In this document: piece after piece, positions 48,641 to 60,464 of the stretch
How positions within the stretch are numbered: position 1 is the stretch's first letter
How the letters are laid out: each line of letters opens with the position of its first letter
Assembly: GCA_028534125.1 (NCBI GenBank)
Contig: CM052832.1
Span: forward strand, 8,124,001-8,188,000
DNA from: Lama glama
Lineage: Eukaryota
DNA: 64,000 bases
Direction of reading: 5' to 3'
Position numbers and translations under genes: made by a program
Notes under the pieces: generated by a model
Database searches by the model: none
What the model was told of the DNA's origin: nothing
What the model saw: the letters and a program-made list of their open reading frames with translations, nothing else

Positions 48641-48659
48641 GACCTCCAGGGGGCACTGC
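48641..48659 (+). promoter_or_regulatory. CTCF motif (forward)
   Basis: CCTCCAGGGGGCAC versus CCASYAGRKGGCRS, 13/14. Confidence 0.55.
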
Positions 48660-49894
48660 TTGGGCACCTAGGAAGTCCTTGCAGGCTGAGTCAGAGCCTG
48701 GGGGGCCTCATCTAGGGGTGATCAGGGGCTCGGTCCACCAGAGTGGGATAGACTGGGCAGGATCGTAGGGCAAGGTGAACCCTGGATGCAGCCTTGGAGA
48801 GTTACTGAGATGTCCATGTCGGATTTTGAGTGGACAAGGGGGCAGGGAGCTGTGACCTTGGGCCTCCTCTCTGAGGTCTCAGTTACCTGTACAACCGGGA
48901 TGGCAGAAGCATCTCCAGGTCAGTCTTGGGTGATTTGTGGCACCCTTGCTCTTCCTGGCTGAGTTCAACTCCCATTGAAACCAGTGCACAAGATGGGGTA
49001 TGTCCTGATCTGCGTCTCCCTCTCCCCTTCTCCATCAAAGTGCATTGAGGGTTGGGGTCCATGCAGCCCAATGCCCTTGACGGTCATTGAGGTGAGGCCT
49101 GACACCTGCCTTCCCCTTGAGAGCCCCCAGCCCTGGGCCTCCCAGGGCCTAAGCTGTGGCTTCTGATCAACAGGTTAAAAATAACCCCCGCAGGCTCTTC
49201 TCCCCTCACAGGAATGGTGTTTGTGTTGGCATCTGTGGCCCCTCTGGGTCTGCCAGCTTCCACAGCATGTGACATTGTCAGGGGACTGTAGGTGTGAGGA
49301 AGTCAGCCAGAGGAGCTCGTGCTGCCCCAGCTCCAGGTGAGGGCACGGTGAAGGGGTCAGAGACACTGGCAGAGCCACCTGGGGCCACGGGGCTGCCACG
49401 CAGCTGGGGGCACATTGATGGGCAGGGTGAAGCCCACTTGTGGAAGTAAAATGATGTGGGCTGCAGGCTGGACTGTTAGGTGCTGGGCTGGAGCTGTCAT
49501 TCCTGGTCCTCAGATTCCAGAATCAGAATCGGGAATCACAGGATTGTGGAATAAAGGTATTCTAGACTTGAAAAGAACTTGAAGGAATACTTCCAGCCTT
49601 ATCTCTGCCCAGACAGGAGAAAAATAGCCACATAGAGATTATTTATGGAGCTTGTTCTGGGTACCAGGTCCTGAGCTATCGCCCACTGAATTAATCCTCC
49701 CAGTGCCCCTCTGAGCCCAGCTCTGTTTTTTGTTTCATTTATTTATTTTAAACAGAAGAAGAAAGGCACAGAGCAATTAAGTAATTTTGTCCAAGGTGGC
49801 TTCAAAGTCACCTCTGTATGATTCCCAAAACCCATGGCCGAAATCATTACCTTGTATGATTCTACAGAGGTGGGGGGGGGGGAGGCTAAGAGGC

Positions 49895-50285
49895 TCAGAG
49901 TTAAGTTTGGTTTACGCAAGATAGATGTGCATTTTCCCTCAGGTACTCCAGGGCAGGTTTGACAACTACTTGCTGTCAGGCACCCAGGCTCCTTCTAGCC
50001 TATTGATCTGCTGAGTATAGTTTCCATTTCCAAGGTCACATCATTGCTCAAGCTGGTCACTGGAGCTCCAGCCAGTGGGAAGAAGGAAGAAAGCACTGAA
50101 GAAGGGCATGCCCCTTCCCTTTACGGAAGCTTCCCAGAAATCACACACTGCTTATATCCCACTGGCCAGAACTCAGTCCCCCAGCCAACCCTAGTCCAAG
50201 GAAAGCTGGAGGATAGAGTCTTTCCCATGAGGGTCTTGCTGCAAACTGGGGAAGGAGGGATGAAGTGGGGTTGGGAGACAGTGTC
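49895..50285 (-). mobile_element. MaLR LTR (MLT1I/J-like)
   Basis: cacccaggctccttctagcc...ccaaggtcac...ctggagctccagcc...ttcccagaa...cttatatcccactggccagaactcagtc...gaaagctgga. Confidence 0.65.
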
Positions 50286-53139
50286 TGCCCCCAGGCTCTT
50301 GTTCCTTTTAGTTTGCAACTGGCAGAGGGTGGGTGGGGTCTTCCCAGCTCCCTTCCCAACTCCCTTCCCTGCTTCTCTCCCTTCTCTGAAGCCTCAGTTC
50401 TTCCTAATACTTGGCATTTGCTGCCCGGAGCTGTTAATGGCACCAGTGCAACACCAAGATGAGGTCACTGTCCACCCACTGCCAGGCCAGTGCGTTCACT
50501 TATTCTCATGGTCGCCCAGGAGGCAGCTAGTCTCAGTCCTAATTTACAGTTGGGGAAATTGAGGCCCAGAGAGGTTGGGTAACTTTCCTAAGAACACCCA
50601 GCTGGGCTCTGAACCCAGTTCCTGTGCATTAGTTTCTTTCCCAGAGCCTTCCCTTGGAGGAATGGATGCCCTGGGCCCTCTCAGGGTCTGACAGGAGGAA
50701 CTGGAATGGTCTGGGTCCCAGGAGCGCCTGTCTGGGAGGAGGGGGCAGGCAGGGCATGACATCAGTCTGCAGGTGTCTCCTCAGCACTTACTCAGTGCCA
50801 TGGTCAGCGGACGCGTCTGAACAGGGTCTACTGACGGGCTTGGGGATTTCGGCTGGCGCCAGGAGCTGGCCACTGCAGCCACATCCTCAGACGCTACTTT
50901 CCCCAGCATGAGTGTCCTGGACCCAGCAGTGAGGAAGGGCAGGGATAGGGCAGCCTCAGACACTTCCTCTTTCCCCTCCTGCCCACCTTGTTGGGGAGAG
51001 TCAGAGGCAGGGCCGAGCACCTACCCCAGCTGGGCTGCTTGGAGGGAAAGGGGGAGGGTGTGCAACCAACTCTGATGAGAAGGGGCCAGACTCTGGGCTT
51101 CTCAAGCAGACCAGGACTGTCCAGGCATCCTCCTGCCTCTAGGAAGGACTGTCCTTACTTGCTTGACCTCTGAGGGTGAGGTCACTGCTCTGCCCTCGGC
51201 GTGGGGGGAGGTGCTCTGAACGTAAGCGCGGTCATAGCTGAGGTTAGTAATGTTACTGTAATATCTGCTCCCCGATCTCTGGCCAACAGGAAAGCCTCAT
51301 GAACTGTGAGTCACAGCTGGCAGCCAACATTGGGGCAAGCCACGCGCAGCTCCAGTGGGGGTGTGCTGGGGATGGCCCTGAGACTCAGACATGACCTCTG
51401 GCCTCTGGGACTTCCCACAGGAACTAGGTGATGAATAGGAAGAGCAGCTGTGAGACTGGAACACCTCCCCACTGCTCCCCCCTGCCTCCCCACTCCTTGA
51501 TCCCCACCCACCTCCACCGGGAAGTCTTCCTTGATTAACAGCCTTGGAATTGCTCTGGGGTTGATCTTGGATTCCCAGCTCTGGCAAGATGCGCTCTGTC
51601 CTGCCAAGTCTAAGCAATGGGCACCCACAGGTTCTGTGCTAGGGGCAAAGGTGTGGACAGAAATGTGGTGCTTTCATTCAGGTCATTCATTTGATGAATG
51701 TACCAGATACTCAGGATACATCGATGAACCCCACGGACTTAGTCCTGCTCTCATAGAGCCTGGAGGAGAGACTGAAAGCAAATGGTCACACAAATGAAAA
51801 AAATTACAAACTGGCAGGGCTTGGGAGCGGGGAACTGGTGATCAGGAGGCTTTTGGAGCCTGGGCCACTCCTGGTGGGCACAGATCCCCCTGGCAGCATG
51901 CCCCCAACAAGCGTTCTGCAGGAAAATGGCTGGCCAACATGGTGGCATGGTGCCCACCAATGGGGGCCGTGCCAAGTGTGATGTGATGTGTGCTGATCCC
52001 TTTCCACTTCTTAGTGAAGACCAGTGTCTGCTCCCCCCGCAGCACAGGGAGCCTGGGGTGGCACTACCATCACGTCCTGAGGTGTTTGGGGGAGATGTCG
52101 GAATGGGGAGAGCATCTGGATCCCCCAGGAGCTGTCACTGGGCTGTGCCTACCCAAGTCTAAGAGAATCTGGTCCTCCACCCCCGACTGATGGTCTCCCA
52201 GCACTGTCCAGGTTGTCAGTCCTTCTACATTGCACGTGCACCCCTGTGATGGACAGAGGAGGCGGTCCCATTGACCCTGCTGCTCCTCTCACCCCATGAT
52301 TTGGACCTCCCACTCCAGTACATGTTGGAGACATGTTTTCTTGCCGTCTTTTGCCTGGCCCTGCTTGTTTTGGCCCCAGTTCCAGGACAGAGAGAGTGAA
52401 GGATCCTAGGAATAAAAAGGGGCCTGGAGGCAGGGATGCCAACATCCCTCCAGAAACACCCAGTGCAGATTGACTGGGCTCTGTCTCTTTTCCTTCTGCG
52501 GGGTTTCCACTGTTTGAGATGGGGGCTGCGCTGGGTGGGAAGAGGTCCAGAGTCAGGACAGCTCTTGTATTAAAATTTAGACTCTTGGGTCCCACTCACT
52601 GAGACTTTGATTCTCTAGATCTAGAAGGGTCTTAGGATTCTGCATTTTAAAAAGTCCTCCAGCATCTGTGACATCAATAGCCGAGGATCACGCTCTGCTT
52701 TTGAGAAGAGTTCAGATTCTGGGGCCAGGAAGTCTTGCTTTCTGGGTGACTTTGGACACCAATTCTTGAGGCCTTGGCTTTCTCATCTGTATAGTGAGAT
52801 GGTGATATCCCCCTTAAAGATTAAATGGTCAAGTGCAGATAAAGCACCAGGATCAGGCCTGCACACAGCAGGTGCCCAATGAACAGTGTTCGTTCTTGTT
52901 ATTTATCCAAGCTGTCTTTGGCATGCAGCTGGCTCATTCACTTTCTGGGCAGGGTTGGAGCCCTTCATCCCTCCCACCACTTGGGGATCCTGGTAGGGGG
53001 AGGGAGGGGATGCTGGGAATAATGGATTTACAAAGAGAAGCTCCCCAGAGGCTGCAGCTGCTAGTGATAGGGATCTCCCTCCACTCACAGTTCACCAACA
53101 CAGGGACTCTTGACTTAAAAATAATAACCTAAATCAAAC

Positions 53140-53325
53140 ACATAGCACTGTGTGTCTTCTCTGTTCTGAGTCCATTAACTAGTGGAGTTCTCATGAGAAA
53201 ATGTTATCCCATTTTACATACGGGGAAGTTGAGGCACAGAGGAGTTAAGGAAGCTGCCCATGGTCACACAGGCCAGTGACTGGCAGGGCTGGAATTAAAC
53301 CCAGGCAGCCTGGCTCTTAACCACT
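53140..53325 (-). mobile_element. MIR SINE; an opposite-strand MIR lies at ~52710-52900
   Basis: tatcccattttacatacggggaagttgaggcacagagg...cccatggtcacacag...aacccaggcagcctggctc. Confidence 0.85.
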
Positions 53326-55149
53326 GCTTCTCTCTGGCACAGGGTTTCCCAGGGAGACGGATGGACTTGCTTTTTCTTCGTGTCCCTCTTGAGTAGGGCT
53401 CTGGTGCTTCACTGTCTGCACGGGGACTTGTGCTCTGGTCGGGAGAGGCAGGCCTCAGTTGCACCTCTGGGGGGCTCCTAGACTCCAGCAGTTCCTGCCT
53501 ATCATCCCCTGGGTATCTCTGCTCCTCTGTGGTTGCTTCCTGCACCCCACTTCTCCTTCCTTCCTTCCCAGATCAGTGTTCACTTTCTCTAGCTGTGAGC
53601 ATCTGGACCCTCCAGGAGCTGTCACTGGGCTCTGCCTACCCAAGGCTGCTTTGACTTGGAGCCTCCTACTCGAGTTCCAGCCTGGGCTCACCCCCACCCC
53701 AAGACCAGTGGCCTCCGTCCACATTTCTCTCAGTCCTCAGGGGCTGTGGGCATGACATCACTGGCTCCCCTTGAGCTTCTGTTTATGACTCGGTAAGTCA
53801 TTCACTGCCCCCTGAGACTTGATGAGGGCCAGAGTCCACTATGACATCCCAACCATCTGTTTCCCTTTAGTGATGAGCAAGAGCCCAGAGTGAGGATGCT
53901 GCAGGGTGGGCTCCAGGCTGGTTTTCCTCCCTGGAAAGTGACTTACCACCCACCCTGACCTCCGCCATGCCCAGAGAGTGGCTCTTCTCCTTCACAGGGG
54001 AGCCTGGGAGCCCCCTGAAGGGCACAGTTTTCTTCTCCACAGCAGCCAGCTTCTTCAGCGGGCTGAATTTGGGTTCAATGGTGACTCAAATGGGATGCAG
54101 GGCACCGCATTGTGTGTGGACTTCCTGGAGATTTGGGAGGCCATATGTCAGTGTCAACAAAAGTATCTGAGTACAGGAATGGGCAGAAGGCAGGATGAGA
54201 AGGGGGAAGCCAGTGGTTGGTGAGGTCACTCCCAGCAACCCTTGTATTCTTTCACTGATCCATGGATTTATGGAGCACTTCCTGAGAGCCCAATGCTGAT
54301 TGGGCACAGAGACATGTAAGGGAGGGCCTTTGGGGAGGCTAGAGGTCAAGGATCTTTCTGGAGGGGTGTGGACTTACTTTAGTTCAAGGAATTAGCCTGT
54401 TTCAGCTCCAGCTCTTTCCTGAGGTCAGAACACCGGTGAGCGTGAGAGTCTGTGGGATTGTTGGAGGGCAGGGTTGGGGATGTAAGTTGGAGAGGGATTA
54501 AGTTGGGGATAGGGATCAGAAGCATTAGGAATGGTTGGTAAAATGGGTCAATGAACAAATGCTGAGTTGGGGTAAATCAGCAGGTAGGGTCAGGAACCTG
54601 TGGGGTGGCTCTAGGGCTGGAGAGCTGCCTGGGCAGTGCATGGCTGAGTGGACACCATTCCAGCTTAAGCAGAAGGCAACTTCATTCACTTCTCCCCCAG
54701 ATATGTGGACAGTTACACAGTATGCACGTTGTCAATGTCCACTTCTGCACCATGGCAGGCATTGCTAGCTGATCACACTGGTCTTTCCTTCGTTCTGAGT
54801 ATAGAAGCAGCCTCAGTCTTTCCCTCACACACTGGTGCAGGCCATCACTACTAAATGAGTAGAGCTGACAGATGAAATGAAAATCTATCTACCATCCTGG
54901 ACTGTGATTCAGACATTCAAAAGGGTCTAAGGAAACTCCCAGAAGAAAACTCAACCAAGGGAAGAGAGAGCTGGGAGACAACCTTGGCTGAGTGACAATA
55001 CTTCACTGTCAAAGGGCAAGCAATGGCAGTTCTAAGCTGCGTGGGTGATTGTCACTGGATTTGCTCTGGTCCAGCTCTCAGGTAGACTCATATCTGGGTC
55101 TGAGAGACAGACAGGAGAGCGAGCTGACCGCAGGATGCAAAGTGCCGTG

Positions 55150-55718
55150 CATCAGGGTTCCACTGCAGAGAACAGAATCCACTCTGGTGAGCTTGAATGG
55201 AAGGGATTTATGAAACAGCCACAGAATTATTGGGAGGTCAAAGACATAGACCTCAAAACTTGAGCTTTCAGAAGCAATTCTCAAAGCAGTTCTCCAAGGG
55301 AGCTACCCCTTCTTTGGTAACCATGAGCTCACCAGCTCCAGAGCCATACGCAGTACCATGATCCGGAAGCTGCTACTGCTGCCAGCTCTGCACTGCACCT
55401 ACCGTGACCTACTCTAGTAGAGGGTGTCGCTGGGCTTTGCTCCTTGACCCTGTCTGCCAGCACTGCAGGAAAACAGCAAAACAAATTGCACCCCCTTCCC
55501 AATGCCAGAAAGCGGCAGGAGCTGCAGAAGCACAGCCTTCCAAATCTCATGCAAGTGCATCTGATTGGCTGAATCTGGGTTACACCCTGAATCCTAACAG
55601 TGGGGAACACTGAGAAACGTAACTTTTTTTTTTTAAACTCTTCCTGTCTCTGCAGTATAGGAGGGCACCTAGCAGAGGGTGGAGTGAACACTGAGAGTCA
55701 GTCCACCATATCCACCAC
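55150..55718 (-). mobile_element. Old MaLR LTR (MLT1N/M-like)
   Basis: cagggttccactgcagagaacagaatccactctgg...aagggattta...gcatctgattggctgaatct...ccaccatatccaccaca. Confidence 0.6.
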
Positions 55719-56034
55719 ACACTGCCTCCTGAACTTTTACGAGATGCCAGGCATGAGCAGCTCCATTTTGGGATTCTCTTGGAGGGGAATGGGAGGGGGG
55801 GTGCATTCTCCCCTCTTTACCACAGACCACCGTTCAGCTTTGACACCCTGAGTGCTCAGGCACATCAGCAATGCCCTTTGCGGGTGTTCCGGGGGTAGTT
55901 TTGGCAGCAGGTCTTGGTACGAGGTGAGAACCCCCCAGGCCTGTCTGGGGACAGTTGGTGGGACTTTGGAAGCAGCTGGGACCAGCAGATATTGGTTATT
56001 AGGGTCTGAGTGATCTTATTTAATTCCTGGCTGG

Positions 56035-56330
56035 ATCCATCTTTATAAACACTTCCACAAGCACCTACTATGTGCTGGGTGTTAGGAATACAGAGAAGAA
56101 TGGAATTCAGCCCTGGCTGCCTTTGTGGTGCCTTGTCTAGCCAAAGAAGAGACTTGGACAGCAGATAAAATGATGCCCATGGTGCCCCAAGGATGCACAA
56201 AGAATAGACCCAGGAGAGCAGGGTGCACTTCCCAGGGGAGGTGACAGTTGAGATAAGCCCTGAAAGGCCTGAAGATGCTGAGAGGAGGCTTAAGCAAGAG
56301 ACAAGGATGTGAAAGAGAAATGCAGGAGGG
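56035..56330 (-). mobile_element. L2 3' fragment
   Basis: aagcacctactatgtgctgggtg...ggaatacagagaagaa...ccctggctgcc...ggaggtgacagttgag. Confidence 0.7.
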
Positions 56331-57049
56331 ATGCGGGTTGGGTAGGAGATGGGACCGGGGATTTCTCAAGGTCCAAGACAGCCTCCTCATCCAGACCAGG
56401 CTGCTGTTGCTGCGTAGGGCACCTGCATCTGGCCAGCCCTGCAGTTTATCCCCTGCTTTCCTCAGGCTGTGGCATGGGGTTTGCTGCCTCTGCTCACACA
56501 GGGCATGAATGACTCATGGATGAGGAGGGGCTGGGGGAGCCACGGGGTGCTACCCAGGCTGCAGGCTATGTGGAGAGCTCTCCCCCAGGGGTGGTGGCAG
56601 CAGAAGAATGAGCCCATGTGGGCAGGGTAGTCCCAGGCACCACTCTGGGCCTGCAGGCAACAGAGGGAGTCCTGGAACCCCAAGCGCCCAGCTCCCTCCT
56701 CCAGCGCTCCTTGGGCTCTGCTTTCTCCCCAAGGCAGGGCTGCCCCACCCTCCCTGCATACCACTCCATTCTGATGCCAGCCCTCCCGGCCTGGGTGGCT
56801 AAGGGTCCCCGTAGTGGGGTCATTACAGGACACAGCAGCCCAAGAGTCAGAATGGAGGGGGCCCAGCTGTCAGCTGGAACCCATCATAGGCCAAACCTAG
56901 CCCTGGCAGCAGGCAGGAGGGGGAGGGCGACTCATGAGTAGGGTGTCCCTGCGAACTTTTCTTAACCCTTCCCAATCCTATCACCAGGGTGTGTCCTGAG
57001 ATTTCCCCACCCTAACAGGTGGCTCCAGGTCCCTAGTTCTTCAACCCAG

Positions 57050-57270
57050 GTTGATGGGAGTGAGGGAGAGACCCTGCCCCTGCCTCAGGGAGCGTCTAGT
57101 CTGAAGGGAAAGAAACAACATAGTCTGCTTTCATGGAGCTCTTAGTCATATGGGGAAGATGTAGCTCAGACCTAGACTGAGGGGAGACACAGCCCTGCCT
57201 CAGGAAGCCCTAGTCTGAGGTGGGAGGCACAGCCTTGTCCTCAATTAACTCAGGGTCAGAGATGGGAGAG
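57050..57270 (+). repeat. Third degenerate array of the ~38-bp unit
   Basis: For example gactgaggggagacacagccctgcctcaggaagccctagtctgaggtgggaggcacagcc. Confidence 0.75.
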
Positions 57271-58494
57271 GGAGGTTTTGTCTCATTATTAAACTGGGAC
57301 ATCAATGTAATGGCACCACTTTTGACTTTCTGTGAGATTTTGTGAAGAATCAGCAACTTGAAGACACATCCCTGTGCTGTAAAAACCCAGGAAGGATGTG
57401 TCCACAGATCCAGAGGGCTGTCACTGGGGCACAGTTTTGTCCTGGTAGCCCTCTTGGGGTCAGCCGCCCACACTGGTGGGCCTTCTTCTGAGACCCCTCC
57501 TTATCCTGGAAACTGCTCAACACGTGGGTCCTTCTCAAGAGCTCATTCAACTCCTTCGGTATCCGTGGAACTTATATAACTCACAGCTCCCAATTAACAA
57601 TTAGAGTTGGTGAGCAAGAGCACAAAAGGAAGCAAGTCTACGTGCAGCTGGCCCCTCTTCAGCTGCAGGGTTTAGATTTCCCTGATTTATTTTCTACAAT
57701 TAGCAGCTGGCCTTCTCCCAACGTCTCCCCCAGGGCTCTTTGTCGGGATGGCCGCTGGCTGCGCACAGGGGCTGGCGAAGCAGACTGCGGGCACCGCTGC
57801 CTCTGCTGGGATCAGTGGAGAGGTCAGGCCTCTCGGTGTCTGGGCGGCATGGGGCTAATCATCAAGCTCTTCAGGGGCAGGGGAGCCAGGCCGCACACAG
57901 GCTGAGGAGGAAAGGCCCAGAGAGGCTGGTGCTTTTGCAAGCCTTTGCTATGTTCCTCAGCTTCAGGCCTCATGCCAGCTCCTGGGCCTCAGTGTGCTCG
58001 TCTGTTAAATGGGAGTGAACAATGGGGCCAGGTGGTCCCTATAGTCCCTTGCACCCGGACGTTGATACTCCTGCCTGCTTCCCTCCACACCCAACTCTGG
58101 GCCATCCCCATATCCTGTCAGGACCACAGTGTAGGGTTCATCACGACCTCAGCCAGCGGTCAGAATGGTCAGCAAGTGTGCCACCAGGCAGCTTCACGAT
58201 GCCAGCCAAAGGGCTGCAGCCCAGCTCTTCTAGCCCTGGTCTGGTACTGCGATGCCCAAGGACAGTGTGGATCTACAGGCCAGTAGGGCTGTCCGGCCAC
58301 ATTTCCTGGGACTCCTCTGAGCCAGCCCCTGGGTCTTGCCCTAGAGGGGCCTCCAGCACAGGGAGATGAGTGTGTGCAGGAGGCCTGAGAGTGGTAACCC
58401 TCAAACATTTACCAAGCACCTTTCAGAGCCAGGTCCTGGGCTGGGCAGGGTGTCGGCAAAGATGAGTGGGTAGGCTCAGTTCCTTGTGGTGCTT

Positions 58495-58700
58495 TTAGAG
58501 GCACATGCGTGGGCTCTGACGTCAGTCTGCCAGGTTCAGTCCCTGATCTGATACTTACTTTGGCAAGGCACTTAGCGTCTTATGCTTTGGTATCTCTATC
58601 TGTAAAATGGGGATACTAATAGTACCACAATCACGGGATGTGGTGAGTAAATGAGTCAATGAATGTAAAGCGTTTAAAGCCTAGGGTGTGGTCATTACAA
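58495..58700 (+). mobile_element. MIR SINE
   Basis: gggctctgacgtcagtctgccaggttc...tatctgtaaaatggggatactaatagtacc. Confidence 0.85.
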
Positions 58701-60464
58701 CTTTCATTTCATGAGCGCCAACTCTGTGTCAGGAACTGTCGTGGCATTTGGTGTAAATCAAAACCCTTCCAGGGAAGGAGAAAGAGCGCTTCTGGCTTGG
58801 TTGAGGGAAGAGGTTTCGTGGGAGAGTTGGTACCACAGTTTGGTCTTGAAGGATGGAGGGAGCTAAATAGTATAGGGAGCAACAGGGGAGTGCATTCTGG
58901 AAGGAGGGAACAGTATGAGCAAAGGCAGGGAGGCAGGAAAGCAAAACACATGTTGGGAGAACTCTGAAAGGATCAGAGGGACTAATGCATACAGGAGATA
59001 AAAATGGAAAGTAGGTTCAAGCCAGATGAACTCCTAGACAATAGACTGTGGCCGTCATCCTCTAGGCAAAGGGGGTGCACAGATGGTTGTTGGGCGAGGG
59101 CATCCTGCAGGTAGGTGAAACTGCCGTGCTTAAATGAGACAGCACGGTTAGTTTCCCTAGATGATGATAACAACAGTAAGAATGGTAATAAGACCCCTTT
59201 CATTTTGTAGTTGATTATAAAGTCTACCGACGGTTTTCCTGGGCGCACTTTGTCTGAGCATCATGGCAACCCCGAGAGGTGAGTTGAGCAGGGATTATCA
59301 CCTCCACTTTACAGGTGGAAGGATGAGGCATCCAAGGTCACCCAGCAGGTGACGGCAGAGCCAGGAGGGGTCTAAGTCCTTATCCATGGCTGCCCAGGGC
59401 AACTGCACCATATTTTCAAGCCCCATCCTTAAGTCCTCTCTTGTCAGGTGGCTTCTGCCCCATCTTTAGGGCTTGGCAGACCCGTAAGTGTGTGTGTGTT
59501 ATGGGGGGCAATGAGGGTGTCTGTGCAAGGAGCCCCTGACCCCACTTCCCTGTCAGGCCAGAGCTGGGTCTGCTGTACTTCTAGCCTCCTGCCAGAGGCC
59601 AGCCCGCCTAGCATGCAGGAAGTGGGCATCTCGCCTCTGCTGACCAGTCCTGAGAGCATTGGTGACTTGAGTGGGGTGACTGAGCTACTGCCAGGAGTGC
59701 AGGGGACAGGCAGGGCTCCAAGGGTGTGGGGTGAGCACACACATAGCTCTGCCCTTATAATAAGCCCTCCCTAGAAGCCCCCCAGCTGAGCAGCAGCCGA
59801 GGAGGGGGAGAAGCCCCTGCTTGCTTTTCCTCTCCAGCCAGGCTCCAGCCCATCTCCTCTGGGTTCCGACCCCTGAGCTGGGAGTCGGGCTTCCAATGCC
59901 CCAAACTTAGCTTTCTTCTCTCAGGATCTCATCTGCTTTGCTGACACCCTCTCCATTCCACAGTGGGGGCTTCCTTCTCTGATGTTCGTTTTCTAGGTCC
60001 TGGAGCAAGGCTTGGGGGTGAGGAAGGAAAGGATCGAGACCCTAGCTTTCTGAGCCATGTCCCCTGCCCCAAGACTGGGCTTGGCTCGTCTGCCTTTCTA
60101 TGAGACCCAGCCCAGGGCCTGCCTCTGGATGCAGCCCAGGTGGCATGTCTGCCAGGAGTCCTAGGGGTACTGACGGGGAGCCTACTGAAAAAGGCACATC
60201 AAGTCCAAGAGCAGCCCCAGCAGAGGGCTTTGCAGGGTTCGGAGCAGATGAGGTCTTAGGGCAAGAGGAAGACAGTCATGGGACTTCCTGGGATGGGGCT
60301 TATAGGGAAGGGGGCTATGCAGGGGGATTCCTCCCAGGGGGTGGGAGGCCGGCCTTACTGAGCTATACTGCAACAATGGGGAGAGGGAGGAGAGCAGAGG
60401 GGTGTGGGCCTGGCCAACCCCGGAAGTGAGGCGCCTCATGGCCCTAAAGGCTGGGTGGTTACAG

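Noticed and set aside
45582..57270. CRISPR-like repeat arrays
   Set aside because: Mammalian DNA; the units are degenerate, abut without unique spacers, and no cas genes are present.
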